From: Camelus dromedarius
Lineage: Eukaryota
Direction of reading: 5' to 3'
NCBI RefSeq assembly: GCF_036321535.1
Contig: NC_087437.1
Location: 94,366,001-94,430,000, forward strand
Length of the DNA: 64,000 bases
Position 1 is the stretch's first letter. Each line of letters starts with the position of its first letter. A program made the translations under genes and the position numbers. The notes below the pieces were generated by a model. It made no database searches. It saw only the letters and a program-made list of their open reading frames with translations, and was not told the DNA's origin. Shown here piece after piece: positions 28,156 through 40,100 of this stretch.

Positions 28156-30798
28156 CAAAAACATACTTAGCCATGGAATATAGTATTTCACAGCCTACCA
28201 AGAATTATTGCTTAAAATTAGAGTTCTGTTGCATCTGATGAAGATTTCCAGATGAAATGCAAGTCTTTGAAGCAGATGGAAAACATGAGATGTTTATCAG
28301 ATGAAATATTTTAATCTCAACAGGGAGTTCACAGTTCAGAATGAGAATGAGGCATGCAGTAGGTTATTTGTTAAGGTGGGATGAGGGGAGACAGATCCAG
28401 AGAGCAACTATTCTATGTAGGGGAAGAGAGTTGCCAAGATTGAACTGTTCCAGTGGAGGGACTCTGCACAGTCCAGGACATGGGCAGGGTAGGAGGAGAC
28501 TGGAGGGCTTAAAAAGTGTTGCAAATGTAGAGAGAAAAGTGATGTCCATTTCTTTTTAAGCTTTGCTTCTGCCTTCATTTTTGGAATATCTTTATTTTCC
28601 AGAGGCTCAGAGAATCATGAATAAGAATAAATACCAAAACACAGGACCCAGATTGAAATATTTTAAGTCCTTTTTACTTTTCTCTGTATACGAGCTATAT
28701 GGCAATGATACTATTGCGAATATGATCTATAGTAATGGTGACCATGTTGAAAACTCAGCCTGGAGTAGAATGTGGTATGAACCACATCCTTCCTGGATAG
28801 TGTAAGAAGATGGGACTATGATTCTTCCTATGGTGTTTTAGTAACTCTTTGTAAAGTAGAATTCCTTCTAAGGAAAACCACACAATGGATCCAGAAGACA
28901 TTAATAATATTGAGATTTCAGAGTAGTACTTTGTGGTCATGGATCAGTGATTCATTTCAGAATGCCCCAAATCTTGAATGAGCAGTAATATAATTTAGCA
29001 TATGGGATTTCAAATATTACAGCAAAATTGTTGATAAAAGCCTAATATTACTACTTTTTTGAAAAAATAGTTTTCAAAATTTCTTGAGAGATTCTACATT
29101 GCTGTTCCTGATGATGATGATAGCAAAATTATGGATTTTTTTTTCCAATCTGTAAACCTTTCTTAACTACTACTAAAATACATATACCTAGTCAAAAAGC
29201 AAGTCATTTAAATTTTGCAAATTTAAGCGATGTGCTGTTAATGTTCTATATTAGTTCGTAAATCATTAACCAACGTCATCACTGAAAGAGTTTATTATCG
29301 ATTTTTGCAGCACCCTGCTAAGCACTGTATTTTCTATAAGACACTTGAACACATGATTTTCTATAACTTTTCTTTTACCTGTAGCCAATTATCAAACATA
29401 CATCACAGTAATACTTACCTATACATTTGGATATGAGTTATTTATTTGGTTGTGTCTACTAAACATTGTGCTTAAAATTTGGTAATGTAAGCAAAGTAAC
29501 TAGTGGTCACATTTTGGCAAGATTTATTATTCATGAGCTGCATCTATTTCTAGTGCTTAATTCCATTAAGGATAATGGAACCTTAAGATTTGTTGTTAAT
29601 CCTTTATACTACCTCCATCATTTCCTTCTGTTTTGAGCAGGTAGGATTTAGTGATATTTTTAGCAGAACATTAATCAGTCAATATTGTATAATCTGAAAA
29701 CTTTGACTTTCATATAAATTTTTAATCTGAAGGGAGGTTAATTTTATTTTTTAATATCAGTAATTCCATTGTTTTATGGGATTCTTTGATTATGTTATAG
29801 TAAATATTCAATATAGTCTATAAAATTATTTGTGGGGATTTCTTCTTTTATCTAAAAGCAAAATATGATGGCTCTCAGATTACCAGAATTTTATAATCAA
29901 TTGAATGTGTTTCTATCTCTGCCTTTTACACTCTGTACAGGAAAAATGTCTTGAAAATTCAAACCGAAGATGAGCTCAAATTAAGCTCATGATCATTTTT
30001 GGCCCCTAAATTAGTGATTCTATTACAGATTTTTTTAAATATAAGGATTCTAGATAGAAATTTCAAATATCTACAATTTTGAAATGACTTAAAAGGAGAG
30101 TAGTGTGACTAATACATACCTTGATCGTAACACAGGACTTGGGTAACTGCAACCTGAGATAGCGTTATTAGTTTTCACATCATACTATCAGCTTATGTGG
30201 AGCTTGTGGTTGACCTAACCACACAAGTGGTTTCTCACTGATCTGAACTTGATTTTCAAATACTGTATTATGCAATGTTATACTTCAGCATTAATGTGTT
30301 TGCCTATTTTATTTTTGAAATCTTGAGTGCCCATTTTCATATTCAGTTAGTTTTTCAAGATGTTGGCTTTCTGGCTCAATTATACTTCAGCTGTGCATTT
30401 GATGAAGATTCTTTCACTGATAATATTTTGAACCTCACAGGATCAAGTGCACAGGCTTGTGACAAGACATTTGCGTTCCCCCTCAGGTTGATATTGATGA
30501 ATAAACACAAGAAGTCCAATTGTTCCAGTAGTTACAAATCCACTGAAATGTGCTATCATCTAGTCAGTTTTTTCTCTATCTTGTATATAATGAAATTATG
30601 AAACCCCTTGTTAAATGCTTAGCTGGAATCAAGACAAACTGCTTCTAAGACATTCTCATGATCTAACAGCTGCCTAACTTAGCAAAAATAGAAAGTAAGT
30701 TTTGCTACATAGATTCCTTCTCAATAAACCTATGCCCTCTCTTTGTGCCCTAAAATACCCTAATTGTTTACTGATTATTTGCAAAAGCCTGTTCTTGT

Positions 30799-30932
30799 GG
30801 GGGAGGTACAGCTTACTAGTAGAATGTGTACCTAGAAGGCACAAGGTACTGGGTTCAATTCCTGATGCCTCCATTAGAAATAAATAAATGAAAAACCTAC
30901 TTACCTCGTCCCCCCACCAAAAAATAAAAATA
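30799..30932 (+). mobile_element. Older, diverged Vic-1-type tRNA-derived SINE with TSD
   Basis: Aligns to the 14386 copy ('ggggaggtacagct...ctgggttcaattcc...cctacttacctc'). TSD aaaagcctgttcttg (30783-30797) / aaaagcccattcttg (30933-30947). Confidence 0.88.
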
Positions 30933-33900
30933 AAAAGCCCATTCTTGAAATTTCCCTGGCATGGCAATATTCTTATTTATTGTTTATTCCCTATTTTAGA
31001 AACTTAGTGTTTTTAATATCTCTTTGTAGGATTTTAAACAAATATTAAAGAGAGCTTTGATGATCATATTTGCAATTTATAAAGTGAATATACAATTTTT
31101 CCAGTATTAAATAGTTGAATACAGTTAAAATAGCTAGGTGCTCTTTTAAGATTGATTTAGTTTCAAAATGTGGCATTTACAAAATCTTATCACACATTTT
31201 ACTCTTACCATAGTAAAAGTTACTTCCACATTAGAGAGCCATGATTTGAGTTTCAAAACGCTAGTGACCTTCCTAAGATACAAAAATAACAGGAGATAAA
31301 ATGGAAATATATATTTGATTATTTGATTTAATATTCAAATTTGCTTTTTAATTTTACTCCTTTAAAAACAAAATTAATATGTGTGTCTCATGGAATGTTA
31401 TACAGATGAACAAAAAAAAGAAGGAGAAAAAAGAAAGTCACCTGTATTTACAATACACACATATTAATGATTTTTAATATGTTTTAAACACAGAGTTCTA
31501 AAAATGAAACATGGGTTTTGAAGGGCTGGAAGTCCTAGAATTCAATTCTGATAAGTAAACACATTAATATCAAAAATTAAAAATAGAATAAGAATAGCAA
31601 ATTTTAAAAATAAAGGTTGACTCAGGCCAAAAGAATACTTTTGGAAAAGATAACAGCTAGTAGTGAAGCTTGGAGAATCAAAGTAGAGGATAAGTATGGT
31701 GTCTCTTCAAATTTGGACATGTTTTGCCTAAATGAATAGCACAGAACAAACTTAGGATCTAAGTAGTTCCCAATTTTTAGGTACCTGTTAATTTTGTACT
31801 GTCTCTCTCAGTAAGTAGAATATGGCTGCTCTATTTTGGTTTTGTGTTTAAAACAAACATTGCTATAAATATTTACTATTAACATTAAAATGTATACTCT
31901 GCAATCCCTTCCTTCTTAGAGGATGATGCTGTTGCATTCATTTCTTTTTCTTTTTAAATAAAAATAATGTTTGCTCTTAATTTCTATTGTAGATTTATCT
32001 ACTTTTAGGTGTCCAACATGGTGCCATATGAAAGTAGACTTTGTATTCGCTAGAATGAGCAAATGTCTCAACTTTAACGCTAGCTTTCATAAAGGCAGAG
32101 GTTGGTCTAGGATAAAAGCAAATAACATTACAGCTTAACTGAATTTAACTACCTAAGAACTATGGTATATGAATAAGAATATAGTTAAAAATAATTGTTT
32201 TATTATGCTTTATAAGTAGATCCTAAAGGAGTCCTTAAAACAGATGAAATGAGTGCCTTTTAAACAAGTTAGAATTTTTTTAGTACAGCGTTCTCTATAA
32301 ATAGTATAAGCAGCTATGTCTTTTGAAGGGCAAATCACAACATCTGACCATTAGCCTCAATATAACGAACATACAGAAAATCGATTGGGTCTTTAGCCTC
32401 CAATACGTAGAAGTAGTAGTGACATAGTGTTTTATATATCTACATCCATATCCATCTGTTTGTTGTAGCTAAAAATTATGTGATATTTTATAAGTGTTTT
32501 AATGTAAGTTTACATTTTTTGTCATTTTTCAGAAAAAACATTTGGAGCTTTCATTTACAGGGTTTTTTTTTTAGTATAAGAGGTAAGAGGTAGCAATATT
32601 CTGTTTATTAACACTTTCTCTAATCTCAAAGTACTGAAACAGAATCTTACCCCTTTTCTCTTCTGTTTTGTTGTTTGTGCTTTCATCTTCTGCCAAAGTA
32701 TTTCACTTCTACAATTTATTGTCAACTTTTATCTTCCTTGCTTTATAATTCTGCTTGATACACGGTAAAATATCCTCCTCCATGCCAATTTTTATTAGAA
32801 TTCTCCATATAATGAACATTCCATTCATGGTGATCATCTTACCAAAATTACTGTACCATGAAGTTCTCATCTCTTCTTCTTAGTATCAAATTTAGTTCAT
32901 CTTTTTCAAGTTCCTTACTTCTCCTCAAGTTTACTATCTTATATAGATTTATTTTTAACTTTTGAGATATATTTTCTTTACCTGGTTTAGCAATTCACCC
33001 AAATTAGTTTATAAGCTGTGTATTTAGATGTAATCTCTTGCAACTTTGGACATTATTTAGAAGGCATTTTAGCACATTTTAATATATCATAGTATCCCAA
33101 TTTGCAAGTAGCATACATACTGCTGATTACTACTGATTTACATCTGAAAAGATGCCCATTTGAACATATTCTTTCTTTTATATTTCTACTTTCAAAGTAT
33201 AATTTACACATCTGCTGATTTCCTTTTTCATCTGTGAAAAATCAGACTTAAATGAATATTTTATTTAAAGTAAACAAACAAATTAATGTCTATGGCTTTG
33301 GGATTTTTTAATCTACACATGTTTCAAAATTATTAGAGACAGAATTTTTAAAAATAGCTTGGCTAGTAGCTGAATATCATTAGAGTTCATTATATTTCAC
33401 CAAATGATATGCTATTACAAGTTTACCTATTTAAATTTAGAAAGTAAGGTGATTAGAGTAATGGCATACAAGGCTATGCCAGGTATGTGTAGCTTTCCAA
33501 CTTTTATAGATGCTCACATTAGCCACAATAAGGCATTGTCATCATGATCCAAGGGCATAATGGAAATCAGTTTCTAACAGAGCATATATTGTCCTTGAAA
33601 ACTGCACCAACAAAATGAGGGGTCCAACAATACTTCAAATAGTAAACAATAGATCAAGGATATTCCTACACATCTGGGAATGGTGAAAACTATTGCGGCT
33701 TCAATATTATTGTTTAAAAATTTTTTTTTCCTAGTATCCCATAAGTAAGGTAAAATATTTTCAATATTTATAAATATACATTATGTGCAATCTATATTAT
33801 GTCTTATAACATGTAAGAATAAATAGGATAAACATCAGTAACTCATTGAAGAGATGTAGGATATATTTTTTTCTGAAAAACTATTAAGTTGAATGTATGA

Positions 33901-36008
33901 TTATCATTAGCTTGGTGTATGTTTGCCTCAACCTTTAATGCAGAAAGTAAGAATGCATCAAATGATTGCATGCTAAATGTGTTAACAGGCCGGCTTTTAT
34001 TTATTTATTTACTTTTGTGCACTATCATATTTGTCCACCATTCAACTTCTCTATGAAATTAGTCATAGATAAATTGCATTAATCTTGTACAAACTCTGCC
34101 TGAATAGAACACCTCTTTTCTCAGTTCTAAAAAGACTGCAAATGATTATTATTTTTCAAATCCACTTGTAGTAGGAAGTTGAAAGACCAATAATACACTT
34201 GTTTTAAAAAAGAACCGAGTATCAATTATCTCCATTCAACTTTGTGTGGTCATTGTGTTTTCCTTACCACAAGAGATAAAGAGATAACAGCCTTTTTTGT
34301 TTGTTTGTTTTACTGATAATACGTCCCTTAAACTCTTACATGGAATATAGTAATATCTTGATATTTTTATGTTAACTCTATTGTCAATTGAAAAATTCTT
34401 AATTTGGGCTAAAGTAATTGTAATAACTCAGTAGAAGTCATTCCAGAAGATTCTTCCAGAGACATAATGGTAATGGGGAACTACAGCAAACTGACTCTGA
34501 TGTCATGACAATTGATCATATCTTTTCTCTCTGAATTAGTGGTTGTGTATCATTCAAACATGTATGTTTAGTGAAAACTTTGGAAATATACATTAAAATA
34601 CTGGATTTTCTAACCCCTGAAGGAAACTCATTTACTTCTCAGTCATGTAAGAGTTAATTCTGTTTCCTACAAGGATGTAATCTGTAAGTTAAGTCTGGAA
34701 AGCAGCAAAGGCAACCTGGACTTGAAGTAACACTTCTGTTGTCAAGGGTTACTGATGGGGGGAAGGGAAGGAGCTACAAGGGAAAGGAGTTATGGAAATG
34801 AAGAAGGATCGTAGCACATGCTACATAAATTCAAATGCTATACCTGTGTTTGGAATAAGATCTCAATTCTGTTGTATTTTTGCATTTTGCGTTTTCATTG
34901 ATTTAGTTTACACATGGCTGGTGAATTTATGAGTTGGTTACTGCTGACCTAATACAGTGTAGCACTTTCCAATAGCATTGAGCTGTAAATTATAGACATA
35001 ATAATTTTGTAATTAAATTGACATTATTATTTACATCTAAACGCGGTAAAATCTATGTCATTTCAGTTTACAGGAGGATTTCTTTCCTTCCGCAAAATTA
35101 AAGGTCAGAGAAAGCATACTTAAGGACTTTAAATTCATATATATTGAGATTCAGCTATTAATATTCTAATTTTTAAGATAGCTACCTTTAATGATGATGT
35201 ACTGGAGTGTTTTTGCACAATGTTACAACATTTCAAATTGCCAGTCACCCCAGGCCTGCCTCACTTTAAATCTCCTTGTGCCAATTTGCATTACTAATGG
35301 GCTTGCGAAGAGAGAAACTATAAAAGAAAATGTGGCAATTAATAGTGAATGCTTGACATATTGTGACATTATCAAGATTTTTATGTTGATTTATATTTTT
35401 GTGTCAATACTCACTAATAAAATAGTTCTGAATTTCTTATTTTGCAAAATAAAGAAATGATGTCCACGGCCTTGTTATTGATGGCATTTTTCAGCAGTGT
35501 TCAGAAAATATATCCCATATATCTTACCATTCATATTTTAGCTTCTACCATTTTAACCCATTTAAGTTATTTTGAGTAGCCATGCATTTTCGTAAAATTA
35601 GATGTTATTTCATATAAGTAAAAGGCAGAACTGACCTTTATATTTATATCTGACTATATAAATAGTTCCTGTATATACATCCGAATAATACCTACCAGAG
35701 AGCAAAAAGAGGATTTTCCTGCCAAATGTATCTGCGTGAATTTTCCTCAGAAAACGTTCTTTTAAAAAGCCTTTGTATGTTCAAAGCCACTCCACACAGA
35801 CAATTAAAAGCAAGTATGAAATGATAGATCACATGACATGAGTTTAAATGCGAGGTTTTTTTTCTCCGTTAAACATCGCAGCAGGCATTACAATACCAGA
35901 GGTAACGAATCAATTAAATGCGTTTTCCCCTCCGCGCCCCGAAGCTGCGTGAGTGGTGCTGCTGTGTAGTTTAGGACCTGAGCAGTAGGACCCAGGGGCT
36001 TCCACAGC

Positions 36009-36071
36009 CGCCAATGGAAGGGCGCACTCGGACCTATTTGCATGCAGTGCCCTCTGCTCTGCGCATTAATA
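36009..36071 (+). promoter_or_regulatory. Candidate core promoter: CCAAT box, octamer and TATA-like element
   Basis: GCCAATGG (CCAAT 36011-36015), ATTTGCAT (36036-36043) and ATTAATA (36065-36071). Spacing fits a start site near 36095 (inference). Confidence 0.5.
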
Positions 36072-36094
36072 GTAATCCAGATAACGGGTTCGAA

Positions 36095-36310
36095 AGAATT
36101 CTCTACTGAAGAAGGATTGGATTTTTCCAGGGTGCTGTTACTGAGAAGAAACGCGACTTCGCTGTCTCCCTATTTCCCACACTTAATTTGTAATTCGCAG
36201 GCAGCTTTTTGCTTGGTTAAACTCGGGAAGGTCTCCGTGCCCAGCAAAGTTGGGAGGGCTGCGCCAGCACCACCGAGCCGCCGGATTGCTGAGAACAGTC
36301 TTATCAAAGG
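36095..36310 (+). other. Candidate non-coding first exon (5' boundary approximate)
   Basis: Near-consensus donor AAGG|GTAAGT at 36310|36311 inside the CpG island. No ATG between 36095 and 36310. Confidence 0.55.
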
Positions 36311-37936
36311 GTAAGTCTCCCGAATGATGGCAAAGGAAGCGACAGCCAGTTTTGGAATTGTCTAACGTGATAAGCTCGGTTTGATATCGGGGGAGGCTGG
36401 AGTGCAGAATGGGTGCGCAAAGGACTCTGCAGCTTGTCCTGAAATTGTGACTGGTGCACCGGGGTATTTGGGGGGTAGAATCAAAAACCTTCAGGCTAAA
36501 TCGGAAATTGCAGTCGTACGCTCGGGCGGGATTCAACAAGTTTCCCTGCAGGGATGAGACGTTTGTTTCTTTCCTTACAAGTTATGCTGACTGTCCCTTC
36601 TGTGTGGGCTGGATCTGCTTCACAAAGAAGTTTCTGGGATTTGTGTCTGTTGTATATGGTTGGGTTAATCCTTGTTTGGGGAGGTTATGTCGCGCATTTG
36701 GGCTTCCTGGCAACAAACAGCAGAACTGCTTCTTAGGATGCTCCTAGCATCAGGGGCCTGCCGGGTTGGCGCTGGGGGAACTTTGCCGCGTAATCTCGGT
36801 GTCTGACCGCACCGCGTTTCATGATGGGGACTGAGCGGAAACCACCAGGTCCCAGGCCATTTGAGCTTCCAAACTTTGAAAGCATTCTCCAAGAAGGAGG
36901 ATGAGAATGGGGGCTTTGAAAATCAGCATTACTAGATGAATTTTGGTAAACTCTTCGTAACATGTACAGAGGTCTTTAAAGACCTGCGTTTCCAACCTAC
37001 AGCTTTTTGCTTGGAAATGGAATGCTGATGTGGAGAAGGTGGAGATTTCAAGCCAAGATTGGGGGTCCTTTTTCTGAGGGAGACAAGAGGAAGAGAGCAA
37101 AGATAGATGAATGAACAAGGTGCGTCCCATCTTTCACATACAAAAAACCACACGCGTGGGACGTGCCAGGAAGCTCTCCAGTTGGTGGCGTTTAACTGGA
37201 AAACGTATTGCAGGGAGGTCCAGGCGCCTCTGTATTATTGATGAAACGCTGTGCCCTTCTGGGGTCCCTTCTCGCTCCTTCTCCCTGCACCCTCTTCCCT
37301 CCCGGGCTCCTCCCGCCTGGAGCTCGGGAGTTGGCGCGGCTGCGGCGGCGCGCGCGGTTCAGCCCCGCAGCGCTGCGGACACAATGGGGAGAGGCAGGTG
37401 GAGCCCGGCGGGCAAGTCCGCTGCCGCAGCCGGCTGCCGCTCCGGCGGGCGTGGGAGCCCTGCGGAACCCGCAAGCGCCCAGCCACGCGCCGAGAGGTCC
37501 CCGAGGGGCCAGCGCAGGACGCGCACACCTGGCCGCAGAGGTCCCGGGGTACCCTTCTAGGGACTACTGTGCTGGAGGCAGACAGGTGGGATAGGCAGAC
37601 GAAATGCTAAAGCATCTCATTCCAGCCTCAGGTCAGAGCTGCTGCAGCTACCCCCACATCCCTAGGGTGCACGCCACACGTCCTCAAGGACCCGAACCAG
37701 AAGGGGAAAGAGGACGAAGAGGAAAGGAGGGAAACGCTAATGAGGCTGCAAAGAGGAGAAAGGTAGCAAGTGATTTGGGCCGATTTTGGTCATTGGCCAG
37801 GCTTTTCTTCGCTCTTTTAAGTGGACTGCTTTAGATGCGGCTTTGAAATGCGCTTCCTAATCTCTCTGTGGCAGGGAAGGGGCAGGCTTCCAGAAGCGGG
37901 AGCTCACTGGAGACTCCTAGAGATGAAGGAAGGAGA

Positions 37937-37962
37937 GGGCAGGGCAGGGGTGGGGGTGGGGG
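37937..37962 (+). other. G-quadruplex-forming motif
   Basis: GGG ca GGG ca GGGG t GGGGG t GGGGG: five G-runs with 1-2 nt loops at the 3' edge of the island. Confidence 0.7.
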
Positions 37963-39481
37963 TTCATTTGGCAGTGTCATTTAACCCTGACCTCAGCACC
38001 TCCCACCCTTTCACGCCCCCACCAGGGAACGACCTGACCTTGTAAACTCCTCTGGGTCATCTGTCCTGTTTCTTTTAAGTGATTTTATCAGGCTGTGTGT
38101 TACAAAGGGCTTTGAAGAGAATGGTTTGTGTATTTCCAAGTAGTGGCGGGAGACTGTTTAATTTGGAGGTGGATTACCAACCCCCGCTGAGCACTTGGAA
38201 GAAGGAGCATAGATTCTGGAATGGTCCACACGGGGATGTTGGTTGCTTGTAGGGGATCTTTCAGAGGAAATACACAACTCTGAACACATGGACGATAATG
38301 TCATTGCATTACATGTGTGCCCTTCATTGTAGTTGTTTGGGAACTAAGATGTAATACTAAAAAATATTGTGAGAATCCACCCATATATTAGGCATCCAAT
38401 TAGAAGCCTGGCAGCTAAGCTTTCAGGCCCAAATTGGATGCTCCTAGGACCTAGTATTTTGAAAGGCTCAGTTTTCCTCCCCAATCTCTGTATCTCTTCT
38501 ATGTCTTGAGAAAGAACAGGTAGCTCTTTTGAAAGCATGCTGGAAGGCATGAAGCATGTTGATTTTATTACAGGAGGTTATTAAAGGGTAGGTAGGTTGG
38601 TGTTCCATCAGCCCTCTCCTTTTCTTTCAAAAAAGGGAAAACAAAACAAAAAAAAAAAAACCCCAAAACAAAATCATCAACAGCAGCAACCCAGAACAAA
38701 TATCCAGTTAGTAGCAGGACTTTGTTTCTTGGGCATCTAGCTTCTTCCCATAAGAGAGGGAATGGGTAAAACTGAGTAAGGAGTGAGGGCATTCACCTAA
38801 TATTGTTGCCATGGATTTGGGGCTTCCTTTAACCTTTCTCCACATATCTTTTTGCTCCATACATTTTCCAATTTATCCCTGTATGATCTGCAGAACTGAA
38901 GTACAATGACACAGCTGTGGATCCCGAATGGAGGCTTGCTCCAGAAAACAGCTGTTAATCACACGCTTGCTATATTTTCCCGCTTACTTCCTTTTACTTC
39001 CGTTCCCTTCCCCTGTCCTTGAACCAGTGTTACCATCTTCTAGGCTGTATCTTGCAAAGGCTTAGTGATTTTCAGTGATGCAGCGCAGTTCTGAGTGTGG
39101 GATGAGGGGAGACTGACAACTGCCCTGAGAGTCCTATAGGTTTAAAGCTGACTTTCTCTTCTCTTTGTATAAAATAAAGAAAAATATCCTCATATCTCTC
39201 CAAAGAGAATTGTATTGGTCTATATAATTGCCATTATATTATGATATAATAGAGTCAATTCAAATCCAAATAACATTGATCAGAAATGAAAGGGAAGCTA
39301 TACACTTGCATGCAATTATTTGGAAACTAATGTTATATTCAGCTGTGAGATATCACCTTTTGGCATCATCTATGCTTTAATATATTAGGAGCTATTTTCA
39401 TTTAAGCAGGGTTTAATATGTTGCTTTCATTATGAGGCTGAGCAACTCGAGACTGCAAAGATGTGAATTTTAAAAGAAAAG

Positions 39482-39504
39482 AAAAAAAAAAAAAAAAAAA
39501 AAAA
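39482..39504. repeat. Poly(A) run, about 23 nt
   Basis: Directly visible. Confidence 0.95.
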
Positions 39505-39884
39505 GCAAGACAGCAAAGCAAGCCCGTGGCAGCTTGATAAATGAACAGGTGCAATGCACCATTTGAAATGTAACTTGAGGTGAGGTTCCATCCACTCCAC
39601 TAGAGAATGAGCTCCTCCTTATCACCCAGAAAACTCAACTGATTTTTCTTTTTCTCTGAGATCTGTGGGTTCTAAAAATACTCTAATACCATATAGTAGC
39701 CTAGAATTATGACCTGGTCACGTGATCATTTCTCTCTCTAAACGTGCTGTTGAATTAAGTGAGCAATAATATTGTTGATGCATTCATGTTTATACCTAAA
39801 ATATATTGGTGCTATATAGACCAGCCAATTATCCTAATTCTATAGAAAATAAAGCTCCTAGAAGAGTAACTGGGGAAAACTGTG

Positions 39885-40100
39885 GACACAGTGTTAGGCA
39901 CTCCAGTTACAAAAGATATTTCATTCAATCCTCACACTACGCTTTTGAAATAGACTTTATTAGATTTCTTTAGCTTATGAAGAGACTGAATCTCAGAGAG
40001 ATTAATCAAAATATACATAACAATTCAGCAAATAAGGGGTGGATTCACTATTGGAAACTCCTTTTCGTGATATAGTGTATGCTTTTCCTGCATGCCATGG
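39885..40100 (-). mobile_element. MIR SINE
   Basis: 'tgttaggcactc...tcattcaatcctcacactac...tgaagagactgaatctcagagagatta'. Confidence 0.75.

Larger units (their letters stand above)
35850..37860. promoter_or_regulatory. Bipartite CpG island and probable Pol II promoter region of an unidentified gene
   Basis: Abrupt rise in CpG and GC content against the CpG-depleted background, densest at 37290-37560. No repeats recognised inside. Confidence 0.9.

Noticed and set aside
35521..35535. Minus-strand donor ATG|GTAAGA suggesting a divergent transcript
   Set aside because: The same motif occurs elsewhere in the window (e.g. about 31203) and there is no other support.
37358..37385. REST/RE1 silencer site (also a CAGCACC half-site at about 36265)
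   Set aside because: Too many mismatches to TTCAGCACCnnGGACAGCGCC. Only half-site resemblance.
37111..37610. Overlapping 97-149 aa ORFs on both strands as CDS
   Set aside because: Stop-codon scarcity in GC-rich DNA explains them. The peptides are low-complexity with no recognisable domain.
35850..37860. Assigning a gene symbol to the CpG-island promoter
   Set aside because: No coding exon is in the window and I do not recognise the UTR, so any name would be a guess.
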